Of a stretch of DNA of 64,000 nucleotides, positions 41,787-51,627 are shown piece by piece; position 1 is the stretch's first letter, and every line of letters starts with the position of its first letter. The DNA comes from an uncultured Bryobacterales bacterium (GTDB taxonomy: Bacteria; Acidobacteriota; Terriglobia; Bryobacterales; UBA6623). The stretch spans positions 150,236 to 214,235 of the forward strand of contig OY282420.1 in the NCBI GenBank assembly GCA_958295955.1, in the 5' to 3' direction. Under the pieces are notes generated by a model that saw only the letters and a list, made by a program, of their open reading frames with translations, searched no databases and had not been told where the DNA came from. A program made the position numbers and the translations under genes.

Positions 41787-44570
41787 CTATCGCACGTAGA
41801 TAAATTCGTTCGAGGCCAGCAGCACCCGCGCGAGACTTTGCCAAGCTTCCGACTCATCGAAGTCGTCGAACTTTTCCCTGATGCCGTGCATATAGGTCAG
41901 CGCCCGGTCGCGTTCTGAGCCGTCGGGGAATCGCGACAGCGCCGCCAGATAGAGGCGGTCGAGGCGCTCGTTGTCTTGCGGCTCGTCTTGCAGCAGGCGC
42001 TGCGCCAGAGATCGCGCCTGCTCCGTGAGAAACGGGCTGTTCATCATGAAAAGCGCTTGCGTGGCTACGGTGGTCGCCCCCCTCTTGCCGCTGGGGTTCG
42101 TGGCGTCGCCGAAGTCGAACAGCGTAAAGAGATTCGGCAGGTTCGCCCGGCGCAAAGGCAGATAAACCGAGCGGCGGGTGAAGTCGTCAGGGTTTTTGCT
42201 GATGCGGTCGGGGCTGGTTTCGCCGTCGGTGCCGATGCCCGGGTCGAGCGTTCCGCCCATCATCGGATCGAGATTGCCGCCGACGGCCAGCAAGGCGTCG
42301 CGAATCTCTTCGATCGTCAGGCGGCGGCGCGGGAAGCGCGTCAGCAGGCGGTTTTCGGGGTCGGCTCGGACGCGGTCCGCGTCAAGCGTTCCCGCCATCC
42401 GGTAGGCGCTTGAAAGCATAATCAGGCGGTGCAGATTCTTGATGGACCAGCCGTTTTCGCGCAGATGCCGCGCCAGATAGTCGAGCAGTTCGGGGTGCGT
42501 CGGCTCTTCGCCGAGCTTGCCGAAATTGTTGGGAGTGCGCACCAAGCCCTCGCCGAAGCGCCAGCCCCAGACGCGGTTGGCGATCACGCGCGCGGCGAGC
42601 GGATTGCCCTCGCTGACGATCCACTTGGCCAAGTCGAGGCGGCCGCTCGTCGAGGACAATTCGGCCGGCGCTTCCCCGCCCGTCAAAACGAGCGGATACG
42701 CCTTGGGCACGGAGGCGCCGAGGTTGCGGTGGTCGCCGCGAACGAATATGCGCTGCTCGACTCGCTCGCCCTCGACGACGGCGCAGGCCATCGGAATTTC
42801 CGCGCGCGGGGCCGCCACTTCGAGCTCTTTCTGCCGCGCCAGCAGCGCGGTCAGTCTGAAGCGGTCCTCCGCGTCGAGCGCCGCCATCTGCTCCTCGGCG
42901 GAGCGATGCAGCGGCCCGCCGTCGAGCCAGACCTTATAGAAAAACAGATTGTCTTCCGGGCGGACTACGGGCTTCGGGCCGACCAGCTTGCCCGAACGGG
43001 GATAACGCCTGCGCGCATTGCTCCACCAGCGCTGATTGCGGTCGTGGAACTCCGCGGCCTGCTTGAATTCGATCGCATAGTGTTCGGCGACGGTTGCGCG
43101 GTCTTCACCCGCCCCCCGCCACTTGGCGAGCTCCGCAGCCTGCGGGTCGTCGAGATAGGCGATCCATTTGGCGAGCATTGCCGGCTCGAGGCCGCGCCCG
43201 GCCGCCGTTTGCGCGGCATCCGCGCCTTGCGCATACACTTCGAAGGCGCCGAGCATGTACTCAGCCATGTCGGCATGATATTTGTCGCGGTACTTCTGGG
43301 CGGCCTTGTCGAAATCGAGAATTTTTTTGATCTGCGCATCGACATCCAGGATTTCGTTCCAAGCCTCGATGAACTCCTCATACTTTTCGACCGGCGTCAA
43401 CGGGGTCTCGACGGGACGCCCTTTCGCTCCGTTTTCGTAGCTGTAAGTCGAAGCGAAGATGGAAGCCAGCGAATAGTAATCGCGCTGCAAAATCGGATCG
43501 AACTTGTGATCGTGGCAGCGCGCGCAAGACACCGTAAGCCCAAGAAAAGCCTTGGAAGTGACGTCGATCTGATCGTCGACGACGTCATAGCGTTTCAGCA
43601 CGAGGTCGCGCTGCGCCAAGGCTTTTTTACCCAGAGCGAGAAAGCCCGTGGCGACAATGCCGCGGGAACCGACTCCGGCGGCAGGGTCGGCGGCCAGGAT
43701 GTCGCCCGCCAATTGCTCCTGCACGAACCGGTCGTAGGGCATGTCGTCGTTGAACGCCTGAATCACGTAGTCTCTGTAGCGCCAGGAGTGGGGGTAGCGG
43801 TGATCCTCGTCGCTGCCCGTGGAGTCGGCGTAGCGCGCGACATCCAGCCAGTGACGGCCCCAGCGCTCCCCGTAGCGGGGCGAGCGCAGCAGGCGCTCGA
43901 CGACGTTCTCGAAAGCGTCTTCCGACTCGTCGGCCACAAAATCGCGGATTTCCTCTTCCGTCGGCGGCAGCCCGGTCAGATCGAATGTCGCGCGCCGCAG
44001 CAAAGTCGGCTTGTCGGCCGCCGGCGCGGGGGCCAGACGGTTCGCTTCGAGCTTGGCGAGAATAAAGCGATCGACGGGCGTGCGCACCCAATCCGCCGCC
44101 TCGACCTCGGGCGGCGCCTCGCGCGAAAGCGGGCGAAAAGCCCAGAAATTGCGGTCCTCGGCGGTGATCTTGCCGCCGGAATCGTCCGGCCGAACGGCCG
44201 CGGTCTCTTCAATTCCGGGCCAGGGGGCGCCCTGCGACAGCCACCGGCGGACGGCGGTGATCTGTTCCGCCCCCAAGCGGCCCTGCGGCGGCATCTTGAC
44301 GCGCTGCTCGTAACTCAGCGCCTTCAGCAACAGGCTGCGTTCCGGCTCGCCGGCGGCGCCGAAAAAACCCGCTCCGCGGGCCGCGAGATAGCCTTCGGCG
44401 GTCTTCAGATCCAGTCCGGCGCTCTGTACCTTCTCGTTGTGGCACATCCAGCATTGGCCGGCCAGGATCGGGCGGATCTGCTTTTCGAAAAACTCGAGTG
44501 AGTCGGAGGCGGCGCCGGCCTGCGCCGCAGCCGCAAATGCGGTCAAGAGGAAGATGCCGGCGCGCAACAC
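41787..44570 (-). CDS. PSCyt / DUF1549 / DUF1553 domain protein (Planctomycete-type cytochrome-c-domain giant protein)
   Basis: 927 aa. Signal peptide, then CWMCHNEKVQSAGLDL (a PSCyt-type CxxCH). Further motifs are CARCHDHKFDP (DUF1549 region) and a C-terminal DUF1553-like region ending NEFIYVR. Confidence 0.9.
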   Translation of the reverse strand: MLRAGIFLLTAFAAAAQAGAASDSLEFFEKQIRPILAGQCWMCHNEKVQSAGLDLKTAEGYLAARGAGFFGAAGEPERSLLLKALSYEQRVKMPPQGRLGAEQITAVRRWLSQGAPWPGIEETAAVRPDDSGGKITAEDRNFWAFRPLSREAPPEVEAADWVRTPVDRFILAKLEANRLAPAPAADKPTLLRRATFDLTGLPPTEEEIRDFVADESEDAFENVVERLLRSPRYGERWGRHWLDVARYADSTGSDEDHRYPHSWRYRDYVIQAFNDDMPYDRFVQEQLAGDILAADPAAGVGSRGIVATGFLALGKKALAQRDLVLKRYDVVDDQIDVTSKAFLGLTVSCARCHDHKFDPILQRDYYSLASIFASTYSYENGAKGRPVETPLTPVEKYEEFIEAWNEILDVDAQIKKILDFDKAAQKYRDKYHADMAEYMLGAFEVYAQGADAAQTAAGRGLEPAMLAKWIAYLDDPQAAELAKWRGAGEDRATVAEHYAIEFKQAAEFHDRNQRWWSNARRRYPRSGKLVGPKPVVRPEDNLFFYKVWLDGGPLHRSAEEQMAALDAEDRFRLTALLARQKELEVAAPRAEIPMACAVVEGERVEQRIFVRGDHRNLGASVPKAYPLVLTGGEAPAELSSTSGRLDLAKWIVSEGNPLAARVIANRVWGWRFGEGLVRTPNNFGKLGEEPTHPELLDYLARHLRENGWSIKNLHRLIMLSSAYRMAGTLDADRVRADPENRLLTRFPRRRLTIEEIRDALLAVGGNLDPMMGGTLDPGIGTDGETSPDRISKNPDDFTRRSVYLPLRRANLPNLFTLFDFGDATNPSGKRGATTVATQALFMMNSPFLTEQARSLAQRLLQDEPQDNERLDRLYLAALSRFPDGSERDRALTYMHGIREKFDDFDESEAWQSLARVLLASNEFIYVR

Positions 44571-44630
44571 TCACGGCAGTATAACACTACGAGCCCCCTG
44601 GGCCGGGGATTTATATGGCCGTTCAAGCCC

Positions 44631-44650
44631 CTTTCAACGCCTGTTGAAAG
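44631..44650 (-). terminator. hairpin downstream of metH (weak terminator candidate)
   Basis: CTTTCAAC-GCCT-GTTGAAAG is a perfect 8-bp stem with a 4-nt loop, 29 nt past the metH stop. No U-tract follows on the minus strand, so confidence is low. Confidence 0.3.
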
Positions 44651-44678
44651 CTCGTTGAAAACCGTCCGGCAAGTCCGC

Positions 44679-47600
44679 TCAGGAATTCACGTCGAAATAG
44701 ATGCAGTCCGGGTGCTGCAAGACCAAAGCGCTCACGCTGGCTTCCGGGGTCATCATCAATCCGGAGGTGAGATGAACTCCTATATCTTCCGGTTTCAATA
44801 ACTTGAATAGTCCCTCTTGATCTTCCAGATCGGGGCATGCCGCGTAGCCGAAACTGTAGCGGCGACCGCGGTAGTTCGACTTGAAGCGGTCAAGCATCGA
44901 CATTTCGGGACAGTCGGGAAAGCCCCAGTCCTCGCGAATGCGGCGGTGCAGCCACTCGGCGCAGCCCTCGGCGGTTTCGAGCGCCAGCGCCTGGATGCCG
45001 TGCGATTTGAGGTATTCGCCCCGCTGCTTGTACGCCTCGGCGCGTTCCCGGATGCCCTGCCCCGCGCCGACGCAAAACATGGCCAGGGCGTCGCGGCGGC
45101 TGTTCGGCCGGGCGACGAAGTCGGCAAGGCTGAGGCCGTCGGCGCGGCGCTGGCGGGGGAAGGTGAACGCATGCAAGAGGCCGCCCGCGCCCGGCTCGAA
45201 GATCCGGATCGTGTTGCCCTCGCTCTCGGCCTCGAAAAAGCGCCATACGGCGCATACCTTCATGAAGCCGGCCGCTTCGGCTTTGAGCTCTTCGATCACG
45301 GCATGCAACTCCAGCGCCTGCGGGTCGCGTTCGGCCAACGCCTTCTCGAAGTTGCCCTTGAAACCCAAGTGACGGTTGAACAGCATGACCGGGTTGATAT
45401 ACGACCAGACTTCCCGGAGTTGCGGCACGTCGCGTACGATGCGCTCGGTGTACGGCGGCGGCAGAGGCGGCGCGTCCGGGCGCACGCGCGAGCTTCGCCG
45501 GGTAGATACCGGCGCGGGTCCGCGGGCGGAGTCCTCCGCGGGGGCCGGCGCATTTTCAAGCGCGACCGCCGTGCGCCGCTCGTCGTCCATGATGCGGTCG
45601 AGCAGCGCAAGGCCGCTCATGGCGTCTTGCGCGTAGCAGGTCAACGAGCGGTAGGCCGGCGCAATTTGCTTGCGCGTGAAATTTTTGCTCAAGGCGGCGC
45701 CGCCGACCAGCAGCGGAACATCGATTCCGGCGGCTTGCAAATCCTGCGCGGTGACGACCATTTGCCGGGCGCTCTTGACTAACAGCCCGGAAAGTCCGAC
45801 CGCGTCGGGCCGGTACGCGCGGCATGCCTCGATCAACTCTTCGGGCGGAACCTTGATGCCCAGGTTGACAACGGTATAGCCGTTGTTGGCGAGAATGATC
45901 TCGACCAAGTTCTTGCCGATATCGTGGACGTCGCCCTTGACCGTCGCCAGCACGATTTTGCCTTTGCCGGCAACGGTTCCCTTCTCCATGAATTGTTTGA
46001 GGTAATCGACCGCGGCCTTCATGGCTTCGGCGGATTGCAGCACTTCGGCGACGATGAGCTCGTTGTCGTTGAACAATCTGCCCACCTCCGACATGCCGGC
46101 CATCAACGGGCCGTTGATGATGTCGAGAGGCAGAGAGCCTTCCGCCAGCTTCGTTTCGAGGTCGGCAACGAGACCTGTCTTGGTTCCCTCGACAATATAG
46201 TTCGCCAAGCGCTCGTCGAGCGGGAGATTGGCCGTATCCTTCTCGATGCGGCCCGCGGCGCCGCGAAAGCGCGCGGTGATTTTTGCGATGTGATGCTGGT
46301 TGATGGCAACCCGCTGCTCGGCCGTCTGCTTGCGGTAATCGCGCGGCGCCCTGCTGCCTGCAAGCGGATAGTTGCCCAGCAGGTCTTCGGCGAGCTTTCT
46401 CTCTTCTTCGGGAATCGCCGCATACCGTTCGAGTTTCTGCGTATTGACGATGGCCATGTCGAGCCCGGCTTTGGCTGCCTGGTAAAGAAACACCGAGTTG
46501 ACGACCTCGCGCGCCGCGGGCGGCAGGCCGAAACTGACATTGCTGACGCCCAGCACGGTCTTCGCGCGCGGCATTTTCGCCTTGATCAGCCGCAGCCCTT
46601 CGATCGTCTCGACGGCGCTGCCGATGTAGTTCTCGTCGCCGGTTGCGCAGGGGAACACCAGCGGATCGAAAATAATGCTCTCCGCCTCGACTTGCCACTT
46701 GCCGGTGATCAGGCCGTAGGCTCGTTCGGCGACGGCGAGCTTGCGTTCGCGCGTAATGGCTTGCGCCTGCTCTTTGTCTTCGTCGATCGAACCGACCACC
46801 ACTGCCGCGCCGTATCTCTTCACCAGCGGCATGGTGCGGTCGAAACGCTCTTCGCCGTCCTCGAAATTGATGGAGTTGACGATCGTCTTGCCTTGGCAAT
46901 AGGTCAGCGCCCGCTCGACCGCGGCGGCGCTGGTCGAGTCGATCATGAGCGGAACCTTGACCTTTTGGATGACCTGGGAATAGAAAACATCGATGTCGGT
47001 TAACTCGTCGCGGTCGGGATTTTCGAGATTGATATCGACGATGTGCGCGCCCTTCTTGACTTGGACGCGGGCGATCTCCGCAGCCTCTTCGTATTTCTCT
47101 TCCGCGATCAGACGCTTGAACTTGCGGGAGCCGACTACGTTCGTGCGTTCGCCGACGAGCAGCGGACGGGTCTCATCGGTTGCTTGAACCAACTCGATCC
47201 CGCTGTACCAGGCGCGCGGCTCGCCGCGATGCCGGCGCGGCTCGCGGCCGGAGACCATTTCCGCAAGCGCGCGGATATGCGCCGGAGTTGTCCCGCAGCA
47301 GCCGCCGATCATGTTCAGCCAGCCGTTGCGGACGAATCGCTCGAGAGACCCGGCAAGAGACTCGGGCGTTTCCAGATAAAGGCCGTCCTCATTGGGCAGC
47401 CCGGCGTTGGGATAGCAGGAAACCGGCGCGCGCGCCAGTTCATGGATGGTGCGCACGTGGTCGGTCATGAACTCCGGACCGGTCGCGCAGTTCAACCCGA
47501 CCGCAAGCAGATCGACATGCTGCAGCGACGCGACCAAGGCGTCTGCGGACTGCCCCGCGAGCATGGTTCCCATCGGCTCGATGGTTCCCGATACCATTAC

Positions 47601-48182
47601 GGGGATTCTGACGCCGAGTTGCTCGAACGCCTGGTCAATGCCGATCAGCGCCGCCTTGACATTGCGCGTGTCCTGGCAGGTCTCCAGCAGCAGCAGGTCG
47701 CAGCCGCCCGCGGTCAGCGCCTGCGCCTGATCGCGGAAGTTGACCGCGAGCTCGTGGAAGGCGACGCCTCCGGTAACCGTGATCGCCTTGGTCGTGGGCC
47801 CCATCGAGCCGGCCACGAACCGCTGCCGTCCATCTCGAGCAGCCTCGTCCGCCGCCGCCCGGGCAAGTTCCGCGGCGGCGCGGTTGATCGCCCCGACCTT
47901 GTCCTGCAGTCCGTATTCCGCGAGGACGATCGCGGTTGCGCCGAAAGTGTTGGTTTCGACGATATCGGCCCCGGCCGCGTAGTAGGCGGCGTGGATGCGG
48001 CGCACGACGTCGGGCCGGGTCAAAACCAGATTTTCGTTGCAGCCTTCCAGTTCCGGGCCACCGAAATCGGCGCTGTCGAGATCACAGTCTTGAAGCTGCG
48101 TGCCCATAGCCCCGTCGAGCACCAGAATGCGCTCGCGCAAGGCATCGTTCAAGAGACGAATGCGTTCCTCGGAGGGCGGCAT
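44679..48182 (-). CDS. metH: cobalamin-dependent methionine synthase
   Basis: About 1167 aa from ATG 48182 (the track ORF uses TTG 48203). The N-terminus is LDGAMGTQLQ (Hcy-binding domain). A pterin-binding region follows, then B12-binding GDVHDIGKN (DxHxxG), and a C-terminal AdoMet-activation domain. Confidence 0.95.
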   Translation of the reverse strand: MPPSEERIRLLNDALRERILVLDGAMGTQLQDCDLDSADFGGPELEGCNENLVLTRPDVVRRIHAAYYAAGADIVETNTFGATAIVLAEYGLQDKVGAINRAAAELARAAADEAARDGRQRFVAGSMGPTTKAITVTGGVAFHELAVNFRDQAQALTAGGCDLLLLETCQDTRNVKAALIGIDQAFEQLGVRIPVMVSGTIEPMGTMLAGQSADALVASLQHVDLLAVGLNCATGPEFMTDHVRTIHELARAPVSCYPNAGLPNEDGLYLETPESLAGSLERFVRNGWLNMIGGCCGTTPAHIRALAEMVSGREPRRHRGEPRAWYSGIELVQATDETRPLLVGERTNVVGSRKFKRLIAEEKYEEAAEIARVQVKKGAHIVDINLENPDRDELTDIDVFYSQVIQKVKVPLMIDSTSAAAVERALTYCQGKTIVNSINFEDGEERFDRTMPLVKRYGAAVVVGSIDEDKEQAQAITRERKLAVAERAYGLITGKWQVEAESIIFDPLVFPCATGDENYIGSAVETIEGLRLIKAKMPRAKTVLGVSNVSFGLPPAAREVVNSVFLYQAAKAGLDMAIVNTQKLERYAAIPEEERKLAEDLLGNYPLAGSRAPRDYRKQTAEQRVAINQHHIAKITARFRGAAGRIEKDTANLPLDERLANYIVEGTKTGLVADLETKLAEGSLPLDIINGPLMAGMSEVGRLFNDNELIVAEVLQSAEAMKAAVDYLKQFMEKGTVAGKGKIVLATVKGDVHDIGKNLVEIILANNGYTVVNLGIKVPPEELIEACRAYRPDAVGLSGLLVKSARQMVVTAQDLQAAGIDVPLLVGGAALSKNFTRKQIAPAYRSLTCYAQDAMSGLALLDRIMDDERRTAVALENAPAPAEDSARGPAPVSTRRSSRVRPDAPPLPPPYTERIVRDVPQLREVWSYINPVMLFNRHLGFKGNFEKALAERDPQALELHAVIEELKAEAAGFMKVCAVWRFFEAESEGNTIRIFEPGAGGLLHAFTFPRQRRADGLSLADFVARPNSRRDALAMFCVGAGQGIRERAEAYKQRGEYLKSHGIQALALETAEGCAEWLHRRIREDWGFPDCPEMSMLDRFKSNYRGRRYSFGYAACPDLEDQEGLFKLLKPEDIGVHLTSGLMMTPEASVSALVLQHPDCIYFDVNS

Positions 48183-48306
48183 GGCAGGGGACAGAGCAGG
48201 CAACGATTCGCTTCCGGACAGCCCGCATCGTCGGTCGTTGCGCCGTTTTCATTCTATCAGCCCGCGGCGAAAGTCCGGCGAGAGGCTCAACCTCGGCCGC
48301 GTTGCG

Positions 48307-49650
48307 TCAGCGCCATTCGACGGTCATGCGCAGACCGCCGCGCGGGCGCAGGGTAATCAGCGCTTCCGGCTGCACCGTTTGATCGGGAACCAGTCGCAGG
48401 CGGCACTTCTGCGCCATAGTGGAGAGAATACAGATGGTTTCCAGCTCCGCGAATCCGGCGCCGATGCACATCCTCGGCCCTCCGCCGAACGGATAGTAAG
48501 CGAACGGCGCCGGCCCTCTATGGCTGTTGAGGAACCGGCCCGGATCGAATTTTTCCGGTTCGGGCCAGACATCGGGCAAACGGTGGGTATCGTAAATGCC
48601 AACCACCACAAGCGCCCGCTTGTCGATGGCATAGCCGCCGATGACATCCTCCTCGATCGCCGAGCGCGAAACGACCCAAGCCGGCGGGTACAAACGCATG
48701 GACTCCTGCAAGACGGCGCGGCACAAATTCAAATTCGGAACCGCTTTCACGCTTATCGCTTGCCCGCCCAGCACCCTGTCCACTTCGGCTTCGACTCCGC
48801 GCGCGGTCTCAGGATGCTCGGACAAGAGATAGAACGTCCAACTCAAAGCGTTTGCCGTCGTCTCGTAACCGGCGAGCAGCAAGGTGGTCACTTCGTCCCG
48901 CAACTGCTGCTCGCTCATCGCGCGCCCGCTTTCCTCGTCCCGCGCCTCCAGGAGCTTGGACAGCAGATCGCCGCCGGGAGGCCGTCGGCGGCGTTCCGCG
49001 ATCAGCTTCTCGACGACTGCCCGCAGCCTTCGCCGGGCTTCTTTCGCGCGAAGATTGCCCGGCGTAGGCAAGAAGCCCAACACTGACGCCAACACGCCGT
49101 AGCGGTCCATGGCGCGGCGGCTGAGCGCGCGGAAGGCATCGCCGATCTCGGCCGCCGACTCGCCGGCGTTGATCCCGAACAGCGCTTGCGTGACCACTTC
49201 CAGCGCCAGCCGCGCCATGTCCCTGCTGATGTCGCGGGCGGCATCCCCCGCGTCTCGCCATCTCGCCAGCATTTCCTCCGTGCGCTCGACCATGAGCGGA
49301 ACCAGCGCCTCCGTGCGCTCCCTTTGAAACGCCGGTTGGATCAATCTTCGCTGCCTGCGCCAGATCTCGCCGTTGCTCGTCAGCAAACCTTCGCCGACGA
49401 TCGCTTTCAAAATGCGGTAGTCGAAATTTTTCTTGTCGTAGTTGGTGTGGTTATCCCGCAGCACATGCCCGGCGTGCTCGGGTCGGCGCAGCATGTATGC
49501 GCATGAGAACCCGAATGAAATGCGCACGACGTCGCCGTAGCGGTCGTGCATTTTTCGATGCAGCGCGATCGGGTCGCGGCGCAATTGCTGCAAAACCCGC
49601 GGCGTTGCCCACCATGCCGGCCCCGGGGCCTTTTTCCCGAGGTGCGGCAT
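48307..49650 (-). CDS. cytochrome P450
   Basis: 447 aa. Haem-thiolate loop FGGGPRMCIGAGFA, the ESMR (ExxR) motif, and the I-helix LLAGYETTA. Confidence 0.9.
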   Translation of the reverse strand: MPHLGKKAPGPAWWATPRVLQQLRRDPIALHRKMHDRYGDVVRISFGFSCAYMLRRPEHAGHVLRDNHTNYDKKNFDYRILKAIVGEGLLTSNGEIWRRQRRLIQPAFQRERTEALVPLMVERTEEMLARWRDAGDAARDISRDMARLALEVVTQALFGINAGESAAEIGDAFRALSRRAMDRYGVLASVLGFLPTPGNLRAKEARRRLRAVVEKLIAERRRRPPGGDLLSKLLEARDEESGRAMSEQQLRDEVTTLLLAGYETTANALSWTFYLLSEHPETARGVEAEVDRVLGGQAISVKAVPNLNLCRAVLQESMRLYPPAWVVSRSAIEEDVIGGYAIDKRALVVVGIYDTHRLPDVWPEPEKFDPGRFLNSHRGPAPFAYYPFGGGPRMCIGAGFAELETICILSTMAQKCRLRLVPDQTVQPEALITLRPRGGLRMTVEWR

Positions 49651-49651
49651 G

Positions 49652-51541
49652 TTACGACCCGCTTTTGAGAAACTTCAGGAATTCAGCCGCATTGCGCGTT
49701 TGTCCGGAGAAAGTTCCCGCCAGAGTGTCGTCGGGACGAATCACCGCATAAAAGGGAATCGTGGATGAGTTGAATCGAGAAATTTGCAGTTGCTGGTTGG
49801 CCTCGCCGGCGGCGTCCAAACCATCGGTATAGAGTTCCACCAGCACGAGATCTGCCAATGCCGCTTCGATCTCGGGCTTGGTGAACATGTTCGCCTTCAT
49901 CCACTTGCAGTTTGTGCAGGCGTATCCGGTAAAGTTCGCCAGCAACGGTTTCCCGCTTGCTTGAGCCTGAGCGAGAGCGCCGTCGAAATCGTCCTTGATC
50001 CACTTGACCGCGGGCTTGCCGCCGGCCGCAAAAAATCCGGATTGTCCGGCTTCGGGCACATACGCATCGAGTTCGCCGAGCCTGCCGCCGAACATGCCGG
50101 GAATCAGGCTCAAAGCGAGGATCGAGAACGCGGCGCCAGCGCCCAGCCGGGTCAATCCGATCCCTTCCGCCGGGCCGTCTTCCCCGAGTCGGACGACGCC
50201 CCACAAGTACAGGGCGGCCAACGCGAACAGCACAATCCAGATCGACAGGAAACGCTCGCGGGTGAGCAGATTCCAGCCGAACGCCTGATCGACCGTGCTG
50301 AGATACTTCACGCCGACGGCAAGGATCACCAAGCCCATCGCGCGCTTGGTTACGGCCAGCCAGCCCCCGCCTTGCGGCAGCTTGCCCAGCAGCGGCGGAA
50401 ATAACGCGATTGCGAAAAACGGCGCCGCCAGGCCGATGGAGAACATGCACATGCCGAACACGGGATAAGCGATGCTGCCGCCTGACAGCGACCCCGCCAA
50501 GAGCGACCCCACGAACGGCCCGGTGCAGGCAAACGAAGCCAGGGTAAACACCAGGCTGAGCATGAGCGTGGACGCCGCGCCCGATCCCGACGCCCGCCGA
50601 TTGGCGGCGGTCATGACGCCGCTGGGCATGGCCATCTCGAACCCTCCGAGCATGCTCGCCGCGAACGCGAAGAACACCAGGGCGATCAGCAGATTGACCC
50701 AGACGTTCGCGCCGAGTTGACTCATGCCGAAAGGCCCGGCAACCGCCGAGACCGCCGCGCCGAGCGCCGTAAAGAACACGACCACGCCAAGGCAAAACAA
50801 TCCGGCCCGGCGCACCGCCGCGCCGTACAGCGATGTGTCCCCGCTGAGGAACGAGCCCATGTAAATCGGAATCATCGGGAAAACGCATGGGGTCAGTACG
50901 GCCAGCAGGCCGAAGCTCAGCGCCACCAGCGCAAACCCGAACAACCCCTGCTCCTCGCCGACGCCCGCCACCGGGACGGAGCTTGCGGCCGGTTCCGCGG
51001 CGGAGGACGCCGCCGCGAAAAGCTTCATCGGCCGGTAATTTTCGGGGACGGCCGCGGCCCGCCCCGTTGCGCCGGGAGCAACCGTCAGAACCGCCGCCGC
51101 CGATTTGCGCTTTGGCGGCAGGCAGCGCCGGTCGTCGCACGCTGCGTAACGCACCGCGGCCTCGATACGCTGCTCGCCTGCGATGCCGTCGGCCAGATCG
51201 ATGGCGACAAGGAACTCGGCCGAATGCTCGTACCATTCGCTGTCCATTTGGAAGTTCGGATCGAACTGAACCGTCGGCTCGGGCTGGTGCGCCTTCCATG
51301 AAGCCACGGCCGGCGAATCGGAGATTTGCAGGTTGAGAGCGATCGGCTTCCCTTGCGGGGTTGTGGACGAATAGAGATGCCAGCCGTCTTCGACCGCAGC
51401 CGTCAAGCGGGCGGTGACGCGCCCGCCCGGCGCGGCTTGCGCCGGCTCCAGCGCCAAGGACCACTGCACGGGATCCAACACCTGCGCGCCCGCCGCTGCC
51501 GGAAACGCACTCAGTAAGGCAAACAGCCGCAAGCTCCGCAT
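49652..51541 (-). CDS. dsbD: DsbD-family thiol:disulfide interchange protein (DsbD-alpha + CcdA-like TM + thioredoxin)
   Basis: ATG 51541 gives the signal MRSLRLFALLSAFPAAAGA. It has an N-terminal DsbD-alpha-like domain, TM-core motif LTPCVFPMIP, and a C-terminal thioredoxin motif YACTNCKW. The stop is 1 nt before the P450 ATG. Confidence 0.85.
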   Translation of the reverse strand: MRSLRLFALLSAFPAAAGAQVLDPVQWSLALEPAQAAPGGRVTARLTAAVEDGWHLYSSTTPQGKPIALNLQISDSPAVASWKAHQPEPTVQFDPNFQMDSEWYEHSAEFLVAIDLADGIAGEQRIEAAVRYAACDDRRCLPPKRKSAAAVLTVAPGATGRAAAVPENYRPMKLFAAASSAAEPAASSVPVAGVGEEQGLFGFALVALSFGLLAVLTPCVFPMIPIYMGSFLSGDTSLYGAAVRRAGLFCLGVVVFFTALGAAVSAVAGPFGMSQLGANVWVNLLIALVFFAFAASMLGGFEMAMPSGVMTAANRRASGSGAASTLMLSLVFTLASFACTGPFVGSLLAGSLSGGSIAYPVFGMCMFSIGLAAPFFAIALFPPLLGKLPQGGGWLAVTKRAMGLVILAVGVKYLSTVDQAFGWNLLTRERFLSIWIVLFALAALYLWGVVRLGEDGPAEGIGLTRLGAGAAFSILALSLIPGMFGGRLGELDAYVPEAGQSGFFAAGGKPAVKWIKDDFDGALAQAQASGKPLLANFTGYACTNCKWMKANMFTKPEIEAALADLVLVELYTDGLDAAGEANQQLQISRFNSSTIPFYAVIRPDDTLAGTFSGQTRNAAEFLKFLKSGS

Positions 51542-51627
51542 CGTTATCAGAATCCTTAACTCGATTCGACGCAATAGGCTGCCGCGCAGTCAACGCCGCG
51601 CCGCGCGGCTTTTTCAGTTTAGCGGCA

